A stretch of DNA of 64,000 nt from an uncultured Acidobacteriota bacterium (GTDB taxonomy: Bacteria; Acidobacteriota; UBA6911), in assembly GCA_963718845.1 (NCBI GenBank), contig CAVRAD010000009.1:125171-189170 (forward strand), written 5' to 3'. The notes under the pieces are model-generated. The model saw nothing but the letters and a program-made list of their open reading frames with translations, made no database searches and was not told the origin of the DNA. Below, in pieces: positions 52,807 through 63,252 of the stretch; within the stretch, counting starts at the first letter, position 1, and the number at the start of each line of letters is the position of its first letter. The position numbers were made by a program, and so were the translations under genes.

Positions 52807-54072
52807 TTACGCTACGACGCAGTGCTGCTGCTGAATATGCGCCGCAAATTCGTCGTAGAATTTCCGGATATAGCTTTCTATCGGCATGGCCGCCGCGTCA
52901 GAAAGCGGGCAAATAGTCAGTGCCTTCATGTTAGCGCAGATGTCCAGCAGAAGCTCCAGGTCGCCGTTGCGGCCGTTCCCGTTCTCCAGCCTGATCAGGA
53001 TCCGGTGCATCCATTCTGTTCCTTCCCGGCATTGCGTGCACTGGCCGCAGGACTCCTCGGCGTAGAATTGAGAAATTCGCATGGCCGCTTTCACCATGCA
53101 GGTGGAGTCGTCCATCACGATAACGCCTGCAGATCCCAGCATGCTCCCGGCTTTTGCGATGGAGTCAAAGTCCAGCGAAACGTCTATCTGGTCCGGTGTC
53201 AGGACCGGGACGGAGGATCCTCCCGGAACAACCGCCTTGAGCCTGCGATCGTCGCGTATCCCGCCGCAGTGATCATAAATCAGCTCACGCAACGAAATAC
53301 CCATCGGCAGCTCATAGACTCCCCGCTTCTTAACGTGACCGCTGACGCCAAACAGGCGCGTCCCTGCGTTGCGCTCCACCCCGATCGACGCAAACCACTC
53401 CGCGCCGTTGTTGATAATGTGGGAAATGTTCGCCAGGGTTTCCACATTGTTGATGACCGTCGGCGAACCGTACAGTCCGACGACGGCGGGGAACGGAGGC
53501 TTCAGGCGCGGGTGCCCGCGTTTTCCCTCGATGGATTCCAGCAGCGCCGTTTCTTCTCCGCAGATGTATGCGCCCGCTCCGCGGTGAACCATCAGATCGA
53601 GATCGAATCCCGAACCCAAAATGTTTTTGCCCAGATACCCCTTCTCATAGGCTTCCTGGATCGCCCTGTTCAGGACTTCCGCACCATAGGCAAACTCCCC
53701 GCGAATGTAAATGAAAGCCTGATGGCATCCGAGCGCATAGGCGGAGATGATCACACCTTCCAGTAATTGATGCGGATCCTTTTCGATGATCAAGCGGTCT
53801 TTGAAAGTTCCCGGCTCGCTTTCGTCGGCATTGACGCAGAGATAAACGGGCTTGCCCGTACCCTTGGGCACGAATCCCCATTTCATCCCCGTGGGAAAAC
53901 CCGCGCCGCCGCGGCCGCGCAAGCCGGACATCTTTACAATATCGATGATTTCTGCGGGCTGGTGCTCCCTAAGGGCTTTGGCTACAGCTTTGTATCCACC
54001 CAGCGATTCGTAGACGCCGATTCGCTGAAGGTCCGCCACATGCATGTTTTTCGTCAGTATCTTTGTCGACAT
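52807..54072 (-). CDS. nuoF: NADH-quinone oxidoreductase subunit F (complex I 51-kDa subunit), apparently stand-alone.
   Basis: 421 aa: ...GLRGRGGAGFPTGMKW..., ...CVNADESEPGTF..., ...ESCGQCTQCREG.... Intact and distinct from the hydB paralog at 250..2104. Confidence 0.9.
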   Translation of the reverse strand: MSTKILTKNMHVADLQRIGVYESLGGYKAVAKALREHQPAEIIDIVKMSGLRGRGGAGFPTGMKWGFVPKGTGKPVYLCVNADESEPGTFKDRLIIEKDPHQLLEGVIISAYALGCHQAFIYIRGEFAYGAEVLNRAIQEAYEKGYLGKNILGSGFDLDLMVHRGAGAYICGEETALLESIEGKRGHPRLKPPFPAVVGLYGSPTVINNVETLANISHIINNGAEWFASIGVERNAGTRLFGVSGHVKKRGVYELPMGISLRELIYDHCGGIRDDRRLKAVVPGGSSVPVLTPDQIDVSLDFDSIAKAGSMLGSAGVIVMDDSTCMVKAAMRISQFYAEESCGQCTQCREGTEWMHRILIRLENGNGRNGDLELLLDICANMKALTICPLSDAAAMPIESYIRKFYDEFAAHIQQQHCVVA

Positions 54073-54139
54073 GGGAAAACACTCATCCTTTGTCAGTTGC
54101 CACTATACTACCACAGGATACCGGGTGTCGTGAATCAGT

Positions 54140-54402
54140 AGGATTAAAGGATTAAAGGATTAAGGGATTAAGGGATTAAGGGATAAAGGGATTAAAGGAT
54201 TAAAGGATTAAGGGATTAAAGGATTAAGGGTGTAAAGGGTTAAAGAGGTAAAGAGATGGGGAGCCAGAAGCAAGAATCCAGAAGCTGGACTCCCGAATCT
54301 GGAATCTCGAATCTCGAATCTGGAATCTGGAATCTGGAATCTCGAATCTGGAATCTGGAATCCGGAATCCGGAATCCGGAATCTCGAATCGGAATCATGC
54401 TA
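54140..54402. repeat. Tandem GGATTAAA array (~14 units) immediately followed by a GGAATCT array (~17 units).
   Basis: ggattaaaggattaaaggattaagggattaagg... then ctggaatctcgaatctcgaatctggaatctgg.... Both arrays are in a single orientation here, not an obvious hairpin. Confidence 0.85.
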
Positions 54403-54992
54403 GGCGGCCAACGCGGACCTGAGCGGGACGGAGCAGCTGGCCGTTCATGCAGTATCCGGATTGGACTTCTTCCACGACTACGCCATCACTGTCGGCGTCT
54501 TTGACTTTGACCGTCCCGACGGCTTGCTCCAGGTTGGGATCGAATGGCTGGTTCAAGGCGGGAATGGCTTCCACGCCCATTGCCTGGAGCTTGGAGCGAA
54601 AGAGGTTCGCGGTCATCTGCACGCCTTCGAGCAGATGCTCTACGGTTCCTGCCTGCGAGGCGGAATCCAGCGCGCGCTGCAGGTTGTCCATGACATCTAA
54701 GAAACGGAAGAATAATTTTCTGCTTCTCCAGCGCAAGCTTGCGTTCGAAATCACTTTCAAGCCTGGCTTTGGTGCGACTTATCTCTGCGTCGATCTGCTG
54801 CTTCTTTTCCTGAAACTTGCGTTCGGTCTCCGCCATTCGTCCCATCAGTTCTTCTACGTAGGAAGGGTATCGGGGTTTTTCTTCTGCGAGAGTTTTTTTG
54901 TCGATGGCCTCCAGATTCACAAACTGCCTTTTGTCGGTGACATTAAAATTCACGATGTCCGTTTCTTCGTCTTGTATTTCCTGATTCGCCAT
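54395..54992 (-). CDS. grpE: Nucleotide exchange factor GrpE. Frameshift near 54740.
   Basis: ORF 54486..54992 has the N-terminal coiled coil (...ERKFQEKKQQIDAEISRTKARLESDFERKLALEKQKIILPF). ORF 54395..54760 has LDVMDNLQRAL...GYCMNGQLLRPAQVRV. Confidence 0.85.
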
Positions 54993-55046
54993 TGCCGATT
55001 TCCTTAAGAATGATTTGAGATTCGAGATTTATGAGTTCGGTTTGAA

Positions 55047-55901
55047 TTATCTGTCTCCCGCGAGGAGCCGCTCGATGCGCTTCTGCGTGGGTGGGTGCGT
55101 GCTGAAGAGGTTCATCAGAGACCTGCCGGAGAACGGATGCATGATGAACATGTGCGCCGTGGCGGGAGACGCTTCCATAGGGATGCGCTTGGAGTAGTTT
55201 TCCAGCTTTTGAAGCGCAGATGCCAGGCCGCGGGGATTGCCCGCCGTTTCCGCGGCGCTTGCATCTGCCTGATATTCGCGGGTTCGCGAAATCCACATCT
55301 GTATCAGCATGGCTGCGATGGGTGCCACAATGATCGTCACTAATCCCCCCAGCCCGCCTCCCCCTTCGTCGTCGCGATCCCGTCCGCCTCCAAAGATAGC
55401 CGCAAAACGCGCCATGTTGGCGACCCACATGATGATGCCGGCCAGTGTGGCTGCGACGCTGCTGATCAGTATGTCCCTGTTCTTCACGTGCGCGATTTCA
55501 TGAGCCAGGACGCCAGTGATTTCTTCTTCGTTCAAAAGCCGCCGCGCGCCTTCCGTGATGGCAACCGAAGCATGCTGCGGATTGCGTCCCGTGGCAAAAG
55601 CATTCGGTGATTCATCGGGGATGATGTAAACCTTCGGCATCGGGATGCCATTGCGAGTGCAGAGGAAATCCAGGATGCGGTAAATCTGCGGCGCCTGTTC
55701 CCGCTCCACCGGCTGGGCGTGGTACATGCGCAGCGCAATCTTGTCGGAGAAGAAATAGCTCGCAAAATTCATCACGATCGACATGACCAGCGCGATCGTG
55801 AGCCCCTGTTGCCCCCAGAAGCTGCCGATGAACAAAATGATTCCGGTCAGCAAACCGAGTAGCAAGACAGTTTTTAAGTTGTTCGCCATATCCGTTCTCA
55901 A
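55047..55901 (-). CDS. htpX: Zinc metalloprotease HtpX (M48).
   Basis: Four TM segments, HEIAHV (HExxH), and ...REYQADA... (EYxAD). Confidence 0.9.
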   Translation of the reverse strand: MRTDMANNLKTVLLLGLLTGIILFIGSFWGQQGLTIALVMSIVMNFASYFFSDKIALRMYHAQPVEREQAPQIYRILDFLCTRNGIPMPKVYIIPDESPNAFATGRNPQHASVAITEGARRLLNEEEITGVLAHEIAHVKNRDILISSVAATLAGIIMWVANMARFAAIFGGGRDRDDEGGGGLGGLVTIIVAPIAAMLIQMWISRTREYQADASAAETAGNPRGLASALQKLENYSKRIPMEASPATAHMFIMHPFSGRSLMNLFSTHPPTQKRIERLLAGDR

Positions 55902-55924
55902 TAAGTTAAAACCTAATCATAGCA

Positions 55925-56025
55925 GCCTAATTGATGATTGACGATTTACGATTGAAGGACCCCGATGCTTAGTTTCCATGAGTAATTCGTCATTCGTAAT
56001 TCGTAATTTAGCTATGCTGCTTCCC
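55925..56025. repeat. TTACGAA-type heptamer hairpin (partial arms) with loop.
   Basis: …gatttacgattgaagg...gagtaattcgtcattcgtaattcgtaattt. Confidence 0.6.
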
Positions 56026-58596
56026 AAATACTAATTCTCCGCTCTGCGTGTCGAGGCCCAAATGAATTGAATCTCCGGGGCTGACGTCTCCATTCAGGAG
56101 CAGCATGGCCAGTCGGTCCTGAATCTTTTTTTGGATGAGGCGCTTGAGCGGTCTGGCACCGTACACCGGGTCATACCCTTCGCGGGCGATTTGTTCAACG
56201 GCCGCGGGCTGAGACGGTCAGCGAGAGTTCTTTCTGTGCCAAAATCTTTTCCAGCTGCTTGAGCTGCAATTCAACGATGCCTTTGATCAGATCCTGCGTC
56301 AGGCGGTGGAACACGATCACGTCGTCGATCCGGTTGAGGAACTCCGGCCGGAACGTGCTGCGCAGAGCCTCCATGAGCTGGGGCATTGCTTTGTCCATGT
56401 CTCCGGAGGATGTCGCTGATTGCCTGGCTGCCGATATTGGATGTCATGATGATCACGGTGTTTTTAAAATCAACCGTGCGGCCTTTCCCGTCTGTGAGCC
56501 GTCCGTCGTCCAGGATCTGGAGCATGATGTTGAAGACATCCGGATGGGCTTTTTCGATCTCGTCAAACAACAGAACGGCATAGGGCCGGCGACGGATAGC
56601 CTCCGTCAGATACCCGCCCTCTTCGTATCCGACATAGCCCGGGGGCGCGCCGATCAGGCGCGCCACCGAATGTTTCTCCATGTACTCCGACATGTCGATA
56701 CGCACCATGGCGTGTTCATCATCGAAAAGGAACTCGGCCAGGGCTTTTGCAAGCTCGGTTTTCCCGACACCGGTGGGGCCGAGAAATATGAACGATCCCA
56801 TAGGCCGCCGGGCATCCTGCAAGCCTGCCCTTGCGCGTCTGATCGCATTCGATACGGCAGCCAGCGCATCATCCTGTCCCAGTACGCGCTGGCGCAGGCG
56901 ATCTTCCATGTGAACCAGTTTCTGAATCTCTCCTTCCAGCATCTTGCGTGACCGGGATCCCGGTCCACTTGGCCACGACTTCGGCAATATCTTCCTCGTC
57001 CACTTCTTCCTTCAGGAATTTTTTGCTCGATTGCAGCTGTGTCAGCCTGTCGTTCTGCTGGGAGAGTTCTTTCTCCAGCTGCACGAGGGTGCCGTAGCGC
57101 AGTTCCGCGGCCTTGCCCAGGTCCCCGAGGCGCTCGGCATTCTGTTCCTGAGCTTTGACGTTTTCGATCTTTTCTTTGACGGCTCGGATCGAGCCGATAA
57201 TTTCGCGCTCCTGCTGCCAGTGCAGCTTCATCCCGCGCTTTTTTCCTGCAACTCGGCCAACTCGGCATTCAGAGCGTCCAGCCTGTCCAGCGACGCCTTG
57301 TCGGTTTCCTTGGAGAGTGCCTGGCGCTCTATTTCCAGCTGCGTGACCCTCCGCTCGACCTCGTCGATTTCAACCGGCATGCTGTCGATTTCGATGCGCA
57401 GTCGCGACGCCGCTTCATCCATCAGATCGACGGCTTTGTCCGGCAGAAAACGGTCGGCGATGTAGCGGTGGGACAGAACTGCCGCCGCGACAATGGCGGA
57501 GTCGGTGATGCGCACTCCGTGATGCACTTCGTATTTTTCCTTCAGTCCGCGCAGGATGGCGATGGTGTCTTCCACGGAAGGCTCGCCGACAAATACGGGC
57601 TGGAACCGGCGCTCCAGCGCTGCGTCTTTTTCGATGTGCTTCTTGTATTCGTTGAGCGTGGTAGCGCCGATGCAGCGCAATTCCCCGCGGGCAAGGGCCG
57701 GCTTGAGCATATTGGAGGCATCGATCGCTCCCTCGGCGGCTCCTGCGCCGACCAGCGTGTGAAGCTCGTCAATGAAGAGGACAATCTGCTCCGGCCGACT
57801 CCTCGATTTCCCGGAGAACCGCTTTCAGCCGGTCTTCGAATTCGCCGCGGTATTTGGCTCCGGCCAGCATCCCGCCAAGATCCAGCGCGACCATCTGCTT
57901 CTTTTTAAGAGTCTCGGGAACGTCCCCGGCGACGATGCGTTGCGCCAGTCCTTCCACGATAGCTGTTTTGCCTACACCCGGTTCTCCGATCAATACGGGA
58001 TTGTTCTTGGTTCTGCGCGACAGGACTTGAATAACCCGCCGGATTTCGTCGTCCCGTCCAATCACAGGGTCCAGTTTGCCGCGACGGGCCAGGTCCGTGA
58101 GATCACGCGCATATCGCTTTAGTGCCTGGTATTTCTCTTCAGCATTCGGGTCGGTCACCCGCTGGCCGCCCCTGATCGAAGCAAGGGCTTTGAGGATGTT
58201 GTCTTTGCTTGCCCCCTGCCTGCGCAGGAGTTCGCCCGCCAAGCCGTCCGCAGCGGCGAGAGCCAGCAGAAGGTGCTCGGTCGAGACATATTCATCTTTA
58301 AACTGGTCGGCCTCTTTCTCAGCCTGCGAGAAAACCGCATCCAGCCTTTGTGAAAAAGAGAGCTGTCTCCCATCGACTTTGGGTTGCGAGGAGAAATGCC
58401 GGTCGAGTTCGGAGCGCATCGAATCGATCGACACTCCAAGCTTTTTCAGCAGGGGAGCAACAATGCCGTCCTCCTGCCAGGCCAGCGCTTCGAGCAAATG
58501 CTCGGGCTCAAGCTGCGCGCTTTTCAGGGTTTCCGCCCTCCGCTGGGCTACCTGTAACGCTTCCTGAGCCTTCAGGGTGAATTTATCTAACCGCAT
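56011..58596 (-). CDS. clpB: Chaperone ClpB (Clp/Hsp100 AAA+ disaggregase). At least five frameshifts.
   Basis: N-domain and NBD1 in ORF 57769..58596 ([15 protein letters not shown]). The M-domain coiled coil is in ORFs 57228..57710 and 56869..57231. NBD2 is in ORF 56271..56987 ([15 protein letters not shown]...). The C-terminal domain is in ORF 56195..56398 and a further frame, ending ...[10 protein letters not shown] at 56011. Confidence 0.9.
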
Positions 58597-58654
58597 AGTA
58601 TGCGAACCTCACTAATATTATTTAGTCCGCTCACTACATAATATCTTAGTGGGT

Positions 58655-58870
58655 TATTGTCAAACTTAACAATTCCAGATTCCAGATTCCGGATAAAAAC
58701 GCAATTTCTGATGTTGACGATCCTCAAGCTCTGCGGCGGAGTAATGGTAACGGGGAGCTAAATCAAATGTAGATTGCGGATATAACGACCCAATGAACAG
58801 CTTCGAAATTTGCCAATCTGGAATCTCGAATCCGGAATCCGGAATCTCGAATCAAAGGCATCCGGAATTA
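58655..58870. repeat. GGAATCY heptamer arms flanking a second copy (reverse orientation) of the ~90-nt element also found at 45885-45975.
   Basis: 58730-58815 reverse-complemented reads gattggcaaatttcgaagctgttcattgggtcgttatatccgcaatctacatttgatttagctccccgttaccattactcc, ~90% identical to 45885-45975. Flanked by ccagattccagattccgg and ctggaatctcgaatccggaatccggaatctcgaatc. Confidence 0.85.
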
Positions 58871-60901
58871 CATTATTGCCGTCGGCGGTGCCGGTTCGTC
58901 GGGCTTTCCGGCATTTGCCAGGGGCACGCGGATCATGACCAGGAACAGGATGAAGAATGCGATCAGCATGCCGATCCAGTGGGGCGATTTGAGCAGAACA
59001 GGCGTTTGACCTTGCCAGATGGCTGCAATCGCTAAGCCGCACAGGGCTTCGCCGGCGATCAGGCCGGAGGAGGTAAGTATCCCTGCGTTTTCGACGCGGG
59101 CTTTCTGGGCCTCATTCAATCCCCTCCGATCACGCAGCTTATCGGTGATCGCGCGGATGATGCCGCCGATGAAAATGGCGAAAGTGGTGTTAAGGGGCAG
59201 GTACATTCCGACGGCAAACAGCATAGGGCTGCGGACTTTGACCAGGATCAAAGAAAAGCCCATGAGTATTCCGACGACTACAAGCGGCCAAGCCATGCTT
59301 CCGCCTACGATGCCCTGGGCGAGCATAGCCATCAATCCGGCCTGTGGTGCCGACAACTCCGGGCTGCCGAAATGATACGCCCTGTCGAGAGCCATGATGG
59401 GAAAGAACAGGATCAGCGATGCGACAATGATGCCGAGAATATCGCCGATTTGCATTCTGGATGGAGTTCCGCCGAGGATGTGGCCGACTTTCAAATCCTG
59501 CAGCATTTCGCCGGCGACCGCGGATGAGACGCACACTATCGCAGCCACTCCAAGCACTGCAGCCACACCGCTGACTCCGCCGACACCCATGCCAACCATT
59601 AGCAGGGCAGCCACGACCAGGGTACACAGTGTGAGTCCTGAGACCGGATTGTTGGACGAGCCGATCATGCCGACGAGATTACCGGATACTGCCGCAAAAA
59701 AGAATCCGAGGATCAGCATGACGAGGGCGGCGGTGATGGCGCCCGCCCAGATTGTGGATCCGGCTAAAGTGCCGGCGCCGGCGATGAAATAATAATAGAG
59801 GCCGATCATCGCCAGGAACACCACTGCGATGCTGAGAAATACCGCCTTTGTGTTCAAATCGCGTTCCGTTCGGTCTGCCGCTTTGTGGGTTTCAGCCGAT
59901 TTTCTGAGATCGCTGAGGGCGCGCGCCATTCCAACGCCGAGCTGCTTGCGCATGCGGAAAAGGGTATAGCCGGCGCCGACCAGCATGCCGCCGACGGCGA
60001 TGGGGCGGACGATGGAAAAATAAACCGCGCCCGCGAGCGTGTCCCATCCGACTTTGCCTTGCTGCAGAGATCCCTGCAGTTGCGGCCCCAGCAGGTATGT
60101 GAGCAGCGGAACCATCAAGCCCCAGGCGAGGACGCCGCCCGCGAAGTTCAATGCGGCCAGGCTAGGGCCGATGATGTAGCCGACACCCAGGTATGCAGGG
60201 CTGACCGCCGGTGAACTGAACGTACTTACGCCCCCGGTTGTCAGGTTTGCGACATTGGGATTTGTGCTGGTGCGCAGCAGGATGTTTTTGCCGAGCGCTC
60301 CGATATTCACCGTAAACGTCTTTACATATTCAAAAACGTTCAATTGCGCGAGCGCATATAGCAGCGCGCCGAATCCCATATTGGCAAACAGGATTTTGGC
60401 CGCCTTCGCGCTTTGTTGTCCGGCCTTATGAATCTCCGCGGCAGCCACTGATTCCGGGAAGGGAAGCTCCGTATCTTCGACCATGACGCGCCGTAGCAAA
60501 GTGACAAAGAGTATGCCAAGCAGCCCTCCGATCACCATGAGCGCGACCGATTGCCAGTAGTGTTCCATCCCGAGGCCCGGCCAGAGACCCGCAAGGACAA
60601 AGGCCGGTATCGTAAAACAGGCGCCGGCGGCAACGGATTCCCCGATGGACCCGATCGTGCGGGCCATGTTTTCTTCCAGCAGCGATCCTCTCATGAGCCG
60701 CAGCAGCGCCATGCTGAGGACCGCGGCTGGATAGGTCGCGGCAATCGTCATGCCTGCTTTGAGCCCAAGATAGGCGTTTGCGGCGCCCAGGATCCCGGTC
60801 AGAAGCAGCCCTAGGATCACGGCTCTGAAAGTGAACTCGCTCATCTTCACATCTGCCGGCACATAGGGTCGGAATTTCGGTTTCTCATCGGCATTCTGCA
60901 T
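58868..60901 (-). CDS. OPT-family oligopeptide transporter.
   Basis: About 680 aa with ~16 TM helices and the characteristic N-terminal MQNADEKPKFRPYVP...FTFRAVILG. Intact. Confidence 0.75.
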   Translation of the reverse strand: MQNADEKPKFRPYVPADVKMSEFTFRAVILGLLLTGILGAANAYLGLKAGMTIAATYPAAVLSMALLRLMRGSLLEENMARTIGSIGESVAAGACFTIPAFVLAGLWPGLGMEHYWQSVALMVIGGLLGILFVTLLRRVMVEDTELPFPESVAAAEIHKAGQQSAKAAKILFANMGFGALLYALAQLNVFEYVKTFTVNIGALGKNILLRTSTNPNVANLTTGGVSTFSSPAVSPAYLGVGYIIGPSLAALNFAGGVLAWGLMVPLLTYLLGPQLQGSLQQGKVGWDTLAGAVYFSIVRPIAVGGMLVGAGYTLFRMRKQLGVGMARALSDLRKSAETHKAADRTERDLNTKAVFLSIAVVFLAMIGLYYYFIAGAGTLAGSTIWAGAITAALVMLILGFFFAAVSGNLVGMIGSSNNPVSGLTLCTLVVAALLMVGMGVGGVSGVAAVLGVAAIVCVSSAVAGEMLQDLKVGHILGGTPSRMQIGDILGIIVASLILFFPIMALDRAYHFGSPELSAPQAGLMAMLAQGIVGGSMAWPLVVVGILMGFSLILVKVRSPMLFAVGMYLPLNTTFAIFIGGIIRAITDKLRDRRGLNEAQKARVENAGILTSSGLIAGEALCGLAIAAIWQGQTPVLLKSPHWIGMLIAFFILFLVMIRVPLANAGKPDEPAPPTAIM

Positions 60902-61003
60902 GGAAAGCCCTCCTTGGATGAAACCACACGATCGATGGGGACAGGATACAAGAATCCCGATGCGCGACACAAGCAGGAAGGCAAAATACGTACCTGGTTA
61001 TAG

Positions 61004-61046
61004 TGTCCCCCAAACTAAGAATCTGGAATCTGAATCCGGAATCACA
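61004..61046. repeat. GGAATCY-type heptamer run (single arm) preceded by the 20-nt motif CCTGGTTATAGTGTCCC (60987-61003).
   Basis: acctggttatagtgtcccccaaactaagaatctggaatctgaatccggaatc. The same 17-20-nt motif occurs at 9641-9660. Confidence 0.7.
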
Positions 61047-62766
61047 CTAATGAATGCCGCAGGTCCCGTCTTTGCAGGTCACGGGTGCGGGCATCCTGAT
61101 GGGTTTTGCGTCAAAACAAATTCCCTTCTTTGGAATCCACTTGTCGATGGACACGGTCTGTGTGTAGGTGAAATCCGTTGTCGTGAACATCGGATTCCAT
61201 TCCCCCCCACTACAACGAGGTTAATCGCCATCGCCCTCATCGGGAAAGGGCCTGCGGGTTTTTTGATCCGGTCAAGAAGCCACTGGCGGAACTCTTCCTT
61301 AGTTTTAAAGTTTTCCAGTCTTTTGAGATTTTTGGCTGTCAGCGGATCCAATATAAATGTTCCACCGGGAATCATAGACTGCATGCCATTTAGCGCATCT
61401 GACATTCTATCCGCCATCTGGCCCGCAGCGCCCATTCCCAGGTGATTGATATTCCAGCCCCGGAAAAGGCTTACCGTGCTTTCCTCCGGCTTGAAGCCTT
61501 TTTCTACGTGCAAAGGCGCCCAGGGGGACTCTTCTTCGTTTTCTCCGGCGAACATGTTGTTATAGTTCGTAACGTTTCCGAAAGTAGCGGTGAAATTTTC
61601 GTTGATTTTGGCGTTGCCGAAATTGAAGCTCATGAGCGTGTACGCCCTTCCGATAACGGAATTGGCGAAATTAAAAGGACTGAATGCCCCGGCCCCGCAG
61701 TTGATGGCTATCTGTTTTCGTATCGGCCCGTTCACAATCACCATCCTTCCGAATGAAGTGGTCGAGCTGGGCATGGACGGCTCCTGGCTGGCCGCCAGGG
61801 CAAGGATCACGGGGAAGTGTTCGGGCCTCGCGCCTGCCATGACTGCATTCACGGCCACCTTTTCAACCGTGTATTCATATCTTTCCTCATGGGTTGTGAC
61901 GGACATTCTGCCGACAACCTCATCCGGGGGATGGTCTGTGCCAGCCAGCATCTCCGCGACTTTTTCTTCCGTGGGAAGCTCTATAGGCATGCCATCGGTC
62001 CACCCATTCTCGATGAACATCCGCTTATAGTTTTCTGCTGTATCCTTCTTTAGCAGCCGCGGCCTTGTGGGTCTTTTAATTACTTTGGGATTTTTTTCGT
62101 CATCGGTCAGAGGCTGGGTAAGGGCATCCACCATTTCCTGCATCAGCGGCCTGCCCGTTACCGGATCATTGCCATCGACATAGCCGCGCAATACTTCCTT
62201 TGACATCCATCCCACCGGGTAGGGCGGATAGGCATAGCGAAGGGGCATCCCGTGACTATCGGAATCCCGGAATACGTAATTGGCAAACTTGGCTGTTACT
62301 ACCGCGCATGTGGGTACGCGGTGCGTGTGTTCCAGCGTTCTGCTGAATTCGGCGATACTCGCCGAACAGCCGTCTCAACCGCCTACCCCGACGATAGCGG
62401 CATCGCCTCTTTCCGCAATTTCCGCCCATAGGGCGGGATCGTCCGTGAATATCATGCCTTGCGTGCTGCGGGATTCGATCTTCACGGCAGGCATATTGCG
62501 CACAAACCATTCCGCCGCTTGATCCATGAAATCCTTGGCTCCATGGAAGCCCGTTTCAACCAGGTAGACAACCTTTCCCTCCAGGCTGTTCAGGCGGAGG
62601 GCCATTAACTGTCCTTCCATGGATGACAGGTCCTGGGTCGGCTGGCGATAGGGATCCAAAACCACGCCGGTATTTTTTGAAGTGGGATCGGATACCCGTC
62701 CGAATATTCCGGATGGCTGGCCTACCGGGTCCAAAACATTTTCAAAAATAATGTTTTCCGCCATAT
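61047..62766 (-). CDS. Candidate selenoprotein (~570 aa): N-domain, a thioredoxin-fold-like UxxC motif (in-frame TGA at 62373-62375), and a large C-terminal domain of unknown family. Frameshifts near 62310 and 61205.
   Basis: An AAGGAG RBS sits 7 nt upstream of ATG 62766 (MAENIIFENVL...). The protein reads ...GDAAIVGVGG-TGA-DGCSASIAEFSRTLEH, a beta-strand, then U/CxxC, then helix context. Coding continues as ...RVPTCAVVTAKFANYVFRDSDSHGMPLRYAYPPYP... (ORF 61079..62248) and ends ...TCKDGTCGIH* after a 7-G homopolymer shift. Confidence 0.55.
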
Positions 62767-62832
62767 CAATTCTCCTTGCGCAGACCATTAAGACTCTGCT
62801 GTCATCATAAGCCAGGCAATCAGTCCATCCCG

Positions 62833-63113
62833 TGGGTCGGGGCTTCAGAGGCTGTCTCAAAACTCGCATTGGGCGGGCCTTCAGCCCTTGATTTTCTTTT
62901 ACGACTTTTTCCTGGGGCTTCGCCCCAGGCTGGTATGGATCGCGCCTTCGGCGCTTTAAGATCCTAAATTTACAGCAATTTAAGCGCCGAAGGCGCGCGC
63001 TATATCAGCCTAGGGCGAAGCCCTAGGAATTTAGCGACAACCAGGAAAAGGGCTGTAAGCCCGCTCAATGGGCGAGTTTTGAGACAGCCTCTTCAGCCCC
63101 GACCCACTTGTTC
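62833..63113. mobile_element. MITE-like element (~280 bp): GTGGGTCGGGGCTTCAG terminal inverted repeats enclosing nested perfect palindromes.
   Basis: gtgggtcggggcttcagaggctgtctcaaaactcgc...gcgagttttgagacagcctcttcagccccgacccac. Inner palindromes include gggcgggccttcagccc/gggctgtaagcccgctc, ggggcttcgccccagg/ctagggcgaagccctag and gcgccttcggcgc/gcgccgaaggcgc. Confidence 0.65.
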
Positions 63114-63252
63114 TTGTCCACAATAGCCGAAACGACAGCTCTCTATTATCTTTTACACTGAATAGGGGGCGGCTGTCAGCCCTCAAAAGATATTGGCTTC
63201 GAGGGCTTCTGCAATCTGCAGCGCCAAACTTTCCCACACGCTCCGTGATGCA

